Sequence record: MN850595.1
DNA from: Escherichia phage naswa
Direction: 5' to 3' (one strand)
Length of the DNA stretch: 64,000 nt
Shown here: in pieces, positions 44,400 to 53,925 of the stretch
Numbering within the stretch: position 1 is the stretch's first letter
How the letters are laid out: every line of letters begins with the position of its first letter
Translations under genes and position numbers: made by a program
The notes under the pieces: generated by a model
Database searches by the model: none
Seen by the model: only the letters and a program-made list of their open reading frames with translations
Told to the model about the DNA's origin: nothing

Positions 44400-46840
44400 C
44401 TTCCCCCCCTACCATAAACGGCCCTACCTGGCAAGTGGAATAATTGACGAGCCATCAATCCCACACACTGTACAAATATACATGGAAAATAACTATTGCA
44501 TAATTTTTCATTGTGTGGTAGCAAGGCCATTTTTACCCGTTTTACCTTCCAAAATTGCACGTAATGCCGCTATTGCACAAATTTTAACCTGATGCACATC
44601 TCCAATATCTTGTCAACAACTAAAAATCTTTATAAGTCATGCACTTACATAACCACAAAAGCGTGTTCTACGTGAAAAATCGAGTATAACTATAGCCGCC
44701 AGATCTCAGAATTTACGTACGCTCACCAGTCTATAGCCTGCTAAGTATTTATTCCAACCATAGAATAACGGAATAGTCAATACCTGCATAAAATAATTAT
44801 TCGTGTAAACTGCATAACATAAATCGGCTAGGATGTCAACATTTTTCGTAAACAGCTCGAAATTATAACGGTGAGTTATAATAAACAGAGAAATCTTTAG
44901 TCGTCTAATGTTTACTGTACATTACTATACTGACTGGAATCATTAGATGACTAAGAGAAAGATAAGAAATCATTAACAATGCAATTGTTTTATTCGTAAC
45001 AATAAGGCAACTATGCAAACGAATGGCATGGCGCGACGGAGTCGCGACATAATATAAAAGCAGTAACCATCACCCCCGTGATAGTTTGTCTGCAAACTAT
45101 TAATCAGATCATAGTTGCCTTGTATTTAGTTAATCATGACATAACAAGCAGGGCAACTATAGATCTGCTAATAGTTGCCCTGCTTTTATATTATGTCATG
45201 CTAATTATAATCAGTGCGATTATTGTCATGTATAATTATTGTCATGCAAACGAATGGCATGGCTGATTATCGGTGTGTAAACAGTCAATCATGTAAATGG
45301 TTAGCATGTGAACAATCAGGAATGTAAACAATCCAGTGTGTAAACTAATAGGTGTGTAAAAGTGTCATGTTGTGTCAGTTAGGTCACATTATGTCAGACA
45401 AGTTTTTCTCCTCTTTGTCAAGTGCTGCATGAAAAATTTACAAGCTTGTATGGTAGCATTTTTGCGGCCCTGTTTACATTCAGGAGTGTATGTATAATCC
45501 TTGGTGTGTGGGCGTTTAGACGTCTAGACGGTTGGAAGTATGCAGGTCAATATCTAATCTATTGGCTGCTAACTATATCCCACACAAATGATAAGAAATA
45601 TAATTGTTATATGCGTAAACTGTAACTCATGTTATCAATCCCTGTATGTATCGCCAGTGGTGCGCATAATGGGTATTATGTTAAATTGCCCGTAATGATA
45701 ACTATTCTCACAATGATAGGTATTCTCATTCACCCCCACAAGATAGGTTGCAAATGTTGTGCCACTGTGTGAACGGCCTAGCCTATTAATTTGCCTCACT
45801 GCCTTGATATTTGAGAATTGTTATAAGAATGAGAAGTATTCCCATTTCGTCCGCCTGGCAGCACTCCAGTCGCTACCGGCTCCTGACAGGGCAGCTCTCC
45901 TGTAGGTCAGGTCAAAATCGTGGTAGAATTGGGCCTATTCAGATATTTCTGGCTGACTCTTCAGGTCTGTGTGAGAAAAGCCAACCTTTCCGGCGGCGGG
46001 GAGGGGTCAATTAAAAAATTTACGTGGTGTATGAAGCGCTCTTCAGGTAAGGCAGGTATTATGTGATGAAACCCTCTTCAGGCAATGATATTTGTGGGTG
46101 TGATATTTGCTGGAAAGCCAGATATGACGGGACTCCCGGCGGGGCAGGGGTAGTACAGACAGGGAAAATATGGGGGATGTAGTTGGGGAAATTGATCAGG
46201 CAGGTAGAGTATGGAATATGTTACAAGTATGTTAAATATGGAGGTTGAATATCTGCAGGATTTGTGTGTAAAATCAAAGACTTAAGTGGTGTTGTGGTAT
46301 TTTCTATAAATAATTCAAGTTTAATAGGTAATATTTGTCTCTATCCACTTTGTGTGGTAAACAGATTCAGATGAAATTGGTTTACAAGTGTATACATAAT
46401 ATACAAATTAAAGATACAAGAAACCCCCCTCCCCCTTCGGCTACCATTCACCTTTTCCTCTGACTGGTACTTAAACACTTATTCAGACTCTTCAGGTTAT
46501 CACCCATATATCATATGGCAGTGACTGGTGTCCTCCGGCCCCTCTTTCGTCACCCGTCCGCTTCGCCATGCTAATGCCATAGCCAATGGTTCGGTTGTTC
46601 ACCCTGTTCACTCAGGTGTATCTCCATACCCCTTCAAACCGAAGAGAACAGAAAACCCGAATTACTCGGTAAAAGAAAAGAGAAGAACTTAATTTTATCA
46701 GGATAGGCAAGAATGTCAAGGCATGACTGCTCACTAAACAAGCAAACAGTCATGTGTGGTAGGTAAGTGATTGTGGTGGTAGGAAATTTAGTTGAAAGAT
46801 GTGTTATAGGTGCGCTTCCAGCACTTTAGCCGGGCAGCTA
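44400..46840. other. ~2.4-kb non-coding convergence region with several repeat families (candidate origin / packaging / terminus region)
   Basis: No long co-directional ORF; 20-bp direct repeat at 45013 and 45244; ATAGTT(G/T) palindromes 45082-45182; six TGTAAAC-like iterons 45276-45361; CTCTTCAGG x5 from 45957. Confidence 0.5.
45276..45361. repeat. six iteron-like repeats (TGTAAAC core, 14-17 bp period)
   Basis: Cores at 45276, 45293, 45307, 45323, 45339, 45355. Confidence 0.5.
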
Positions 46841-46848
46841 ATTGTGTG

Positions 46849-47064
46849 TCAGTCTAGCGGTTCATCCTCTACTTCACTGAAATCAATGTTCATGGTCTCT
46901 TCCCAACCATCGATCTCAGCACAAGAGTGGAGTTCTTTAGGGTTTACTCCCAAAGCCTCAGCAACAGAGTCTATATTTAACACCTCTGGCAGGTATGATT
47001 CATCGAATTCAAGGTAAATCAGGCCACGAGTGTTGTCAGCTCCACCAAATATCTCTATCTTCAT
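46849..47064 (-). CDS. hypothetical small protein
   Basis: Track ORF 71 aa; starts MKIEIF like other small proteins on this arm. Confidence 0.45.
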   Translation of the reverse strand: MKIEIFGGADNTRGLIYLEFDESYLPEVLNIDSVAEALGVNPKELHSCAEIDGWEETMNIDFSEVEDEPLD

Positions 47065-47185
47065 AAAATCTCCTCTGGGAATGAGAGTGTGAACAGGGTT
47101 TTATACGTTCCAATGCACAAGAATTATACACGTTTGCCTCTTCAGGCCATGCTTTAGCATGAGGAACCTGTGTGGGCTCGGTGCT

Positions 47186-47398
47186 TCATAGTCTACCACC
47201 TCTGAACTCTTCGTGCTCAGGCATAATAGAGAACCAGATATCTACGATGTCCTCCCACGTCAGGTCATCAGCCTCAGGATCTGTCTGGGACGAAGATGAA
47301 GAGTCCTCAGAATCTAAGTTTCCCTCTTTAACTGGCTCATCCAAGGGACATATGGTCACTCCTTCGGATGTCTCTTCAGATGCATGTGTGTTGATCAT
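47186..47398 (-). CDS. hypothetical acidic small protein
   Basis: Track ORF 70 aa; Ser/Asp/Glu-rich. Confidence 0.4.
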   Translation of the reverse strand: MINTHASEETSEGVTICPLDEPVKEGNLDSEDSSSSSQTDPEADDLTWEDIVDIWFSIMPEHEEFRGGRL

Positions 47399-47700
47399 GT
47401 TCCACCCGTGAGTATTCCGGCAACAGCCGCTATGGAAGTAATGATCATCAGGATCACCACTAAAACTTCAGACAATGTTCTCATTGTGTATTCCATATTC
47501 TCCAAACTGTGTGTGGATACTATCACGGGAGCGGTAATGTGTCAACAGCAACGCCGCGAGGGTTTGGTTAAAATCCGAGCGTATGGTGATTTGGGTCAAA
47601 ACGGACGTGCGTTCTCGCTACGCTCGAAAGAGAGACTTGTTTGTAGAAAGCTCTTAAACGCTCTGTAACGAGATTATCTGTCCAAGGTATGCAATCGTGC

Positions 47701-47734
47701 ACCAAATAAAGAAAAGGACGCCACAGAGCGTCCT
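47701..47734 (-). terminator. rho-independent terminator (minus strand)
   Basis: AGGACGC-CACAGA-GCGTCCT hairpin followed on minus strand by TTTTCTTTATTT. Confidence 0.5.
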
Positions 47735-47758
47735 AGGTGTCTTAAATTTGATATTTTG

Positions 47759-48058
47759 CTATACCCATGAGGGCTTATCAAGGTTGGAGTAGCTGAAAGG
47801 TGTCAAAAGGTGACTGTCAAAATCCCTCAAACTATCCAAATCTTTTTCCTCGTCCTGACACCATCTGTGCCTACATTTATTGTTGTAGTGCATAGAATGC
47901 ATAGCGTTCTGCAACTTAACAGGTACAAGTGATTCAGGAGTAGATAGTATTGTTGGGTATGCCAGAACCACCTCAAACAGTGGAAACACATCGAAACTAA
48001 AGTCTACCTCTGCAGAGGTTGATGGCATGTAGGAGTATTTAGCCGCCTTTGTAGACAT
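47759..48058 (-). CDS. hypothetical protein
   Basis: Start moved to internal ATG behind GAGGTGG (track start 48070). Confidence 0.4.
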   Translation of the reverse strand: MSTKAAKYSYMPSTSAEVDFSFDVFPLFEVVLAYPTILSTPESLVPVKLQNAMHSMHYNNKCRHRWCQDEEKDLDSLRDFDSHLLTPFSYSNLDKPSWV

Positions 48059-48066
48059 AATCCACC

Positions 48067-48393
48067 TCACACAGGTTTGATAATACCTTTACCGAATAAC
48101 TCTTCGTATCTAATCTTATCCGGATCCCACTCCTGGATAATTTCGAAGACAATATCCAACCCAGGGATAATCACTTCTCCAGTGTCAAGTTTGGCAAGAA
48201 CAAAACCAGAAGGTTGAATGGTTTCCCAGTTACGACGATTGGAATAGAAGACCTCAAAAATATCACCGACCTTGATCTGTTGATCAAGATGTTCAAGATT
48301 CTCTTTCATATAGACGCAGCGGATTTTTCGTGCAGGCCATAGACCGCCTGCATCACGCTCATTCAATTCTTTTACAGTGATTGGTATACCCAT
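48067..48393 (-). CDS. hypothetical protein
   Basis: Track ORF 108 aa. Confidence 0.5.
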   Translation of the reverse strand: MGIPITVKELNERDAGGLWPARKIRCVYMKENLEHLDQQIKVGDIFEVFYSNRRNWETIQPSGFVLAKLDTGEVIIPGLDIVFEIIQEWDPDKIRYEELFGKGIIKPV

Positions 48394-48423
48394 CTCAAAT
48401 CTCCTTCATAGATAGTAAAAAGA

Positions 48424-48450
48424 GGGGCCCAAGCCCCTCTCTTTGTCATT
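48424..48450 (-). terminator. rho-independent terminator (minus strand)
   Basis: GAGGGGC-TTGG-GCCCCTC hairpin followed on minus strand by TTTTTAC. Confidence 0.55.
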
Positions 48451-48754
48451 ATTCTACAGAGCGTTTGAACAGAATGTCTGCCTCAGACATGTGCTCAACC
48501 TCTTCTTCGATTTTAGCGCGACGTTTTTCAGCCTCATAGCGAATATCGAACTCGGTAGCCACCAGAGATTTGATGAATTTAGGAGAATACAGGTGATCCT
48601 GCTTCTCAACGAGAATGATATCCTTAATGGCATCTTTCAGATCTTTAATCTGAAGTTGGAGTTCTACCAGTTCTTCGATTGTTTTGCGAAGGCGATCACG
48701 CTCTGCAGTGTCAGAAGGAAGAGAGGTGAACAGTTCAACTTTAGATTTAGCCAT
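48449..48754 (-). CDS. hypothetical coiled-coil protein
   Basis: Track ORF 101 aa; heptad-like charged pattern. Confidence 0.5.
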   Translation of the reverse strand: MAKSKVELFTSLPSDTAERDRLRKTIEELVELQLQIKDLKDAIKDIILVEKQDHLYSPKFIKSLVATEFDIRYEAEKRRAKIEEEVEHMSEADILFKRSVE

Positions 48755-48782
48755 CGTAAGAGTCTCCTTATGTTGTTTTAAA

Positions 48783-49100
48783 TTAACGTTCTACAAAAAT
48801 ACCGTTCAGTTCAATAACCAGGAATTTCTGGTCTTCACTATCGTCTCGTGCCAGCACCTCACAGACGTATCGGTCATCCCCATCATCATCGCAGTCAAAT
48901 ACAAGACTGAGGACTTTATCATGGTAAACCTTCGCCACTACCGCCTCGTAAGTATTGCCGATTGTGAATCCAAGATAATCTCCGATGCATTTGACAACAA
49001 CATGGTCTCCAGCATTTAAGTCAATCTTCGTCATTACTGCGCTCCTTGGGTAATAATACTGTATGTAAAACTTTAACCAGAGATGTGAATAACGCCCCAA
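48783..49100 (-). CDS. hypothetical protein
   Basis: Track ORF 105 aa. Confidence 0.5.
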   Translation of the reverse strand: MGRYSHLWLKFYIQYYYPRSAVMTKIDLNAGDHVVVKCIGDYLGFTIGNTYEAVVAKVYHDKVLSLVFDCDDDGDDRYVCEVLARDDSEDQKFLVIELNGIFVER

Positions 49101-49189
49101 AACACACCGATAGCGCTAAAACAGACAAGGCCATCATTAAAGCTTCAGTAAAATCAGTCATTCCTCACCTCTTGTTAGTCACTATACTA

Positions 49190-49453
49190 TCATTTATCCT
49201 TGTCGTCAAGAACTTTTTTAAATCTTTCAGGGATATCTCCCGTTCTTAGATAGTTCATGACCTCGCAAGGTTCCCACTTGAATTTCTTACAGAGCAGGGC
49301 GGCTGAGATTGTTTCATTGCGAAAAGAAAGGATATTAATATCCCATTCTGAGAACCCCAACTTCCGAAGGGTAGCTACAGAAATCCTCACCGCAACCCAG
49401 CAGCAAAAACATGCAACAAACGCCACTGCTATAACCCACATCAGGATGTTCAT
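49190..49453 (-). CDS. membrane protein
   Basis: 87 aa; N-terminal 'ILMWVIAVAFVACFCCWVAV' hydrophobic helix. Confidence 0.45.
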   Translation of the reverse strand: MNILMWVIAVAFVACFCCWVAVRISVATLRKLGFSEWDINILSFRNETISAALLCKKFKWEPCEVMNYLRTGDIPERFKKVLDDKDK

Positions 49454-49542
49454 ACAAGCACCTCACTGAAATACAAGACACAGTGTTAAGGTTACTGACC
49501 AGCAAATAATTAGCAGGACCATTGCAACCTTGGCAAGATTTA

Positions 49543-49830
49543 TCATAGTGCCTCTAAGATTTCATATCCTTCAGGTCGAAATACAAGCCACTCCGTGGCT
49601 CCGTTTGGTCGATACGCTTTATACAGAACAACCTGATCTCGGCACATGCACATGGCTACATAGTTTTCATCCACACCTGCAGCCTGCATTGCAGCTTCTT
49701 CTCCGGCAACTGCTTTGCTTACAACCTCCTTAGTAGGCAGGTGTGCGATCAGCTCGTCACCATCATTAATTCCAAAATGGCTGAGTTCTCCATTGGTATC
49801 TTTAATCTTAATCTTAACCAGATCTTTCAT
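49543..49830 (-). CDS. hypothetical small protein
   Basis: Track ORF 95 aa. Confidence 0.5.
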   Translation of the reverse strand: MKDLVKIKIKDTNGELSHFGINDGDELIAHLPTKEVVSKAVAGEEAAMQAAGVDENYVAMCMCRDQVVLYKAYRPNGATEWLVFRPEGYEILEAL

Positions 49831-50159
49831 TAGTCTTCCTCCAGGTTCAAAGGCCCTAAGATTTCATATGCCAGATTAGAAGTTACCAGAGGGTCTTCTG
49901 CATCTTTAGTATTATACCACCCGTGAATAACCAGAGTCCCACTCTGTTTCATATCTAACTGGAACTGTTCTGCAGTTTCCTCATCCATCTCTAAGATCTC
50001 CATAAGGTACTTGATGTTAGGAAGGTATGCAGCTGTTACAGTTCCCTCCACCAAACCTTCGGGCCAACCTACATCCGGATGACAAGTAGGAACCAGATTA
50101 GTCAGCTTAATAGTGTACGCTTTTTCTGCACGAGCCTTCAGTAACGGGTCAATCTTCAT
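49830..50159 (-). CDS. hypothetical small protein
   Basis: Track ORF 109 aa; overlapping stop/start. Confidence 0.5.
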   Translation of the reverse strand: MKIDPLLKARAEKAYTIKLTNLVPTCHPDVGWPEGLVEGTVTAAYLPNIKYLMEILEMDEETAEQFQLDMKQSGTLVIHGWYNTKDAEDPLVTSNLAYEILGPLNLEED

Positions 50160-50509
50160 TATTCGTCCTCCTCTTCGGTGCCTGCTTCCAGTAATAAGTT
50201 AAGAATATCTTCTGCACAAGGTTCATAGAACTCTTGGCCTTCATTATCGATGATTTTGTAGTCATCTCCACGAATAATCAGGGGATCACTCTCAAAATTA
50301 TCGAGACCTTTAACAACGACAACACGATCGATTGCCATCATTGTAAGAACTTTATCGACATCTTCCTCTGCTACACCATACTGCAGCAGAATGTCTTTGG
50401 TAGGAGGAACAGCATCCACCACAACGCCGTTACCAAAACCTTCTGGAAGTTTAGCTAAAATATCTTCCGGAACCACATTCACATCAAAACCGGTAATTTC
50501 TACTTTCAT
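50159..50509 (-). CDS. hypothetical small protein (MKVEITG... N-terminus)
   Basis: Track ORF 116 aa; acidic C-terminus. Confidence 0.5.
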   Translation of the reverse strand: MKVEITGFDVNVVPEDILAKLPEGFGNGVVVDAVPPTKDILLQYGVAEEDVDKVLTMMAIDRVVVVKGLDNFESDPLIIRGDDYKIIDNEGQEFYEPCAEDILNLLLEAGTEEEDE

Positions 50510-50770
50510 TTACAGCACCTCTTCGTCAACTACTTCATAAAAATGGCCTGGGATTGCAATAGCGTTCTCACCTTCACCTACAAACACAGTTCCGTCAAGA
50601 ATCAACATCATAAGAATTTCTGTAATATCCTCTTCCGGAACGTTGCCAAAACCTTTAATCAGCTCGTAGGTTGGAATATTTACCTCTAAGATGTCACCAT
50701 CTTTAGAACGGAAATCAACACCGTCCTGAATCTCTGCCGTTTCAAGGTTTTTCAACTTAATCTTCATCAA
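50510..50770 (-). CDS. hypothetical small protein
   Basis: Track ORF 86 aa; MMKIKLK start, '...YEVVDEEVL' end. Confidence 0.5.
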   Translation of the reverse strand: MMKIKLKNLETAEIQDGVDFRSKDGDILEVNIPTYELIKGFGNVPEEDITEILMMLILDGTVFVGEGENAIAIPGHFYEVVDEEVL

Positions 50771-50846
50771 TCGGTCTCCTGTCTTGTTAAGATGAAGGTA
50801 TTATTTCACACAGGGTTGGCGTTGTCAACACCTGTGTGCAAGAAAA

Positions 50847-51242
50847 TTACTGAAACAGTGCGGATAAATTACCTTCTGGTGGGAACTTATCTGCCAAAAA
50901 CGGTGTTAGCACAGTAGCCTTCTGAAGATCTGGGGTCCACTCGTTGTTCAGAACATCCCAGTAGTACGCAATGTTGCTGTGTGGGTGCCGCATTACGAAC
51001 TTTTTCCCTTCGTAGTCATCTGAAACCTCTACAGAAGAAATAACAACAGAATCTTCAAGGGTTTCTTCATAGAAAGATCCGCCTTCAAATTTCCAACGAG
51101 ATGCAAGAGCCCCTGCCTTGAACGCTGCAGATAACGGACTGTCGGCAAGAACATACATTTCTTGCACTCTGTCGCTGCGATCTTTGCTTCTTACGTTGTA
51201 TACAGTATCTGAGCTATACTCAACACGGTATAGGCTTACCAT
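50847..51242 (-). CDS. hypothetical protein, paralogue of 53054..53452
   Basis: 131 aa; shared 'HP.S...YW......WTP' segment. Confidence 0.5.
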   Translation of the reverse strand: MVSLYRVEYSSDTVYNVRSKDRSDRVQEMYVLADSPLSAAFKAGALASRWKFEGGSFYEETLEDSVVISSVEVSDDYEGKKFVMRHPHSNIAYYWDVLNNEWTPDLQKATVLTPFLADKFPPEGNLSALFQ

Positions 51243-51601
51243 TACCGCACCTCCTCAATAACTTCCACATCTGAACCCACCACAAATGCAAAAGGACAGG
51301 TTTCATGAAAGACATCCGGATCTCCGCCAAGCTTGCTAACAATTTCTCCACCACTAATAAACACAAGCTCACCGATATTCATCAGATTGCTGAAATAGTA
51401 CCCATAATGATTAAAGAATGCAGCAGGGTCAGGTAGACTAGTAGCCTCAAGCACTACATCGGTTGAGGTTACTTTCTTATCATAACCTCTCGCCTTTTGA
51501 GATGCAAGATCTGCAGAATCCTCAGGAGACCGGAGATGCACAGGAATTGTTTCACCAATAAAGCGTACTTTCATATTATCACCCAACAACCATAGCTTCA
51601 A
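51242..51601 (-). CDS. hypothetical small protein
   Basis: Track ORF 119 aa; ends '...DVEVIEEVR'. Confidence 0.5.
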   Translation of the reverse strand: MKLWLLGDNMKVRFIGETIPVHLRSPEDSADLASQKARGYDKKVTSTDVVLEATSLPDPAAFFNHYGYYFSNLMNIGELVFISGGEIVSKLGGDPDVFHETCPFAFVVGSDVEVIEEVR

Positions 51602-51842
51602 AAGGAGTCATGAACGAATAAACGGCATCATCATCTGCTTCAGGGAATGCTCCCAAAGACTTCATGTCTGAGCCCTTGACAAATACAAGGTTTTGATCAA
51701 AAGCTTCTTGGGGGTCAATCCGATACATATTTCGTAGAATATTACTTACCTCCTCATCAAGAGGTGAGTATGCTGTGCACGTTTTTCCGATCAAGCTTTG
51801 AGAATCAGGGTATCCACCTGAAGTTTTAAAATAAACAATCAT
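51579..51842 (-). CDS. small protein, MKVK-family member (divergent)
   Basis: 87 aa; 'VFVKGSDMKSLGA' matches family core. Confidence 0.45.
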   Translation of the reverse strand: MIVYFKTSGGYPDSQSLIGKTCTAYSPLDEEVSNILRNMYRIDPQEAFDQNLVFVKGSDMKSLGAFPEADDDAVYSFMTPFEAMVVG

Positions 51843-51933
51843 ATAATATCACCTCTGGTAAGAGATTGGGATTCCTTTCCCACAAATAATTACAAATCTT
51901 ACTTAGCGAGGAAGTATGCTAATCCAAGCAGGA

Positions 51934-52203
51934 TTATTCCTCTACAATCTCATACACATCAGGAGTTACAATCAACTCTTCTCCATTACCAGGTGCAACA
52001 AACACCACCAAACCCTCAGGTGTGTGCTTTTTAGCCATCTCGATAACATCTTCTCGCAGAGCTGGCTCCATCAGATCAAAACCTTCACCCAGGGCATCAC
52101 GAACCACCTTCATATAGTCCACTGGTTGTGCTTCAACAATCATGCCTTCAACCAGACCACAATTTTTGTCTGCCAGCTCAGTTTTGAATAATTTAATTTT
52201 CAT
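51934..52203 (-). CDS. hypothetical small protein
   Basis: Track ORF 89 aa; MKIKLF start, '...YEIVEE' end. Confidence 0.5.
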   Translation of the reverse strand: MKIKLFKTELADKNCGLVEGMIVEAQPVDYMKVVRDALGEGFDLMEPALREDVIEMAKKHTPEGLVVFVAPGNGEELIVTPDVYEIVEE

Positions 52204-52340
52204 TTAGAGGTCTCCTCAATTATTTGATATTAATAGCCGTAACCTAACACATTAACTACAACTGCGATTGCAAACATAATTTCAAAGCATGCAATCTCTA
52301 CATTTGGGACTAATTTCTTAATCACACCCATTGTAGCACC

Positions 52341-52661
52341 TCATTCTCCAAAGTCAATCTTTACTTTGCCTTTCCCCTTACCTTTCTTTCCACCGCATTT
52401 AGCCAGCTGACGTGCTGCAACATCTACCATACGGTCAGTTGCCTCGTAAGCATCACTGCCTTTAGCCTTGGCAATAACTTCTTTTCCAGAATTGTCAAAA
52501 ATGAACGCCATAACTTCCTGGTGATCATTTTCAACTTTTACACTCACACGTGCATAGTTAACAGAGGGATGTAAACGCTCCAGCTTGGACATTTTGCGGG
52601 AAATAAAAGATACCATACCTTCTGTGATTTCTACATTGTTGCCAGTGATTTCAATTTGCAT
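52341..52661 (-). CDS. hpf: ribosome hibernation-promoting factor (HPF/RaiA family) homologue
   Basis: 'MQIEITGNNVEITEG' N-terminus and 'ARQL(A)K' C-terminal motif as recalled for bacterial HPF; ~100 aa; Lys/Gly-rich tail. Confidence 0.7.
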   Translation of the reverse strand: MQIEITGNNVEITEGMVSFISRKMSKLERLHPSVNYARVSVKVENDHQEVMAFIFDNSGKEVIAKAKGSDAYEATDRMVDVAARQLAKCGGKKGKGKGKVKIDFGE

Positions 52662-52745
52662 AACGTGTTCCTTTTAAGGAAGAGGGAATAACTATCTCTC
52701 TTTGAAAACAATGATACTAAATCTGAAGCGTTGTGTCAACAGTTT

Positions 52746-53036
52746 TTACAGCTTGTTGTCGATAGTTTTTAAAATATCCACAGCAAGATCTGCCATTTTT
52801 CGAACATACTCTGCAAACTCAACAGGATCCTTGATCAAAGAATTCACAGGGTCGTACCCTAGAGCGTTTAAAATGGCTGCAGCATCTACAACCTTCTCAT
52901 CATTTGCGAAGATCTCTCCGTCAAACTTGTAGGTCCATTTTGAGTCAACCTTAGCAGAGCAGGGTTTGTCCATGCTTGTTACACCATCGTCTTTAAACTC
53001 TCCTGCGTTATCAATATTTAGAATTAAATCCATCAT
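52746..53036 (-). CDS. hypothetical small protein
   Basis: Track ORF 96 aa. Confidence 0.5.
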   Translation of the reverse strand: MMDLILNIDNAGEFKDDGVTSMDKPCSAKVDSKWTYKFDGEIFANDEKVVDAAAILNALGYDPVNSLIKDPVEFAEYVRKMADLAVDILKTIDNKL

Positions 53037-53053
53037 GGTGACACCTCACTGTT

Positions 53054-53452
53054 TCAGTTTAGCTTTTCTTCAACAACCCCATAACTTGGGGCAGAGTCAA
53101 GAGCTTTCTGGTTTAAAAGTGGCGTAGCAGAATCTGCAAACGGTGTCCAAGTTTTTGTTCTGGCATTCCAGTAATGCTTCACTCTGGAATCTGGATGCAC
53201 TATAACAAAAACTTTTTCACTTGTCAACACATTAATTTCTTCTACACCCTTGCTGATAATTTCTCCGTCATAGCCCCCAGTCTGGTATCCTTCGTACCAG
53301 GTTCTTGCATAGGCATAGCCAGCCTGCCAGCATGCAGCCTCCTCCGAGGTGGAGACTACGTAGAAGTCTTTCTCAAATTCCGGAATACGCCCTTGCTTTA
53401 CGCTCCAAGCTCCGCGAATTTTCATTGTTACTTTGAAAAGCTTGTTCTTCAT
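53054..53452 (-). CDS. hypothetical protein, paralogue of 50847..51242
   Basis: 132 aa; 'VHPDSRVKHYWNARTKTWTP'. Confidence 0.5.
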   Translation of the reverse strand: MKNKLFKVTMKIRGAWSVKQGRIPEFEKDFYVVSTSEEAACWQAGYAYARTWYEGYQTGGYDGEIISKGVEEINVLTSEKVFVIVHPDSRVKHYWNARTKTWTPFADSATPLLNQKALDSAPSYGVVEEKLN

Positions 53453-53453
53453 A

Positions 53454-53708
53454 CTACCGCTCTACAATCTCTACATCTGTTCCTACACCGAAGGCATAGT
53501 AATGTTCTTCCCCAAAGTAATACTTGGGGACACCCGCTTTGATCAGATCTAACCCGCGAATAAATACCACACCGTGTGATACAGTGGAATGCTTCTGACG
53601 CACAGGATCGTTGTCAGGCAACCATTCAAAGTACACCGCAGGTACAACCTTTCCCTTCAGGAAGGATTGTCCCAAGTAGACGTTAGAATCAAGAATTTTA
53701 ACCTTCAT
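53454..53708 (-). CDS. small protein, MKVK family
   Basis: 84 aa; MKVKIL start, 'VFIRGLDLIKAGV' core, '...DVEIVER' end. Confidence 0.55.
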   Translation of the reverse strand: MKVKILDSNVYLGQSFLKGKVVPAVYFEWLPDNDPVRQKHSTVSHGVVFIRGLDLIKAGVPKYYFGEEHYYAFGVGTDVEIVER

Positions 53709-53925
53709 TCTCGTCCTCCACTATCTCTACATCCTCACCAAGGGCAAAGTTGTAGGTCCACTGGCTGTCAAAGCAGTCCTGAGATGCACCAGCGGCAATA
53801 AGATCTGCACCTTTTATTTTTAAAAGGTCAGGATAATCTTCGTTAGGGATAGCGGTAAACACTTTCCCCACTAAGGGCTCCTGACCAATATAGAAGCTTG
53901 AATCTAAAACTTTAACTTTCATCAA
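53698..53925 (-). CDS. small protein, MKVK family
   Basis: 75 aa; MMKVKVL start, 'LKIKGADLIAAGA' core, '...DVEIVEDENEG' end. Confidence 0.55.
   Translation of the reverse strand: MMKVKVLDSSFYIGQEPLVGKVFTAIPNEDYPDLLKIKGADLIAAGASQDCFDSQWTYNFALGEDVEIVEDENEG

Noticed and set aside
33650-44400. N4-like (Schitoviridae) identity suggested by hairpin-containing promoters
   Set aside because: No giant virion RNA polymerase or split RNAP II genes in 64 kb, and the promoters carry canonical sigma70 hexamers; only the hairpin-promoter idea is kept as an alternative in the findings.
44400-46850. tRNA genes in the large non-coding region
   Set aside because: Scanning by eye for T-loop GTTCGA/GTTCAA-type motifs with matching acceptor stems found nothing convincing; tRNAscan-SE would be needed to exclude them.
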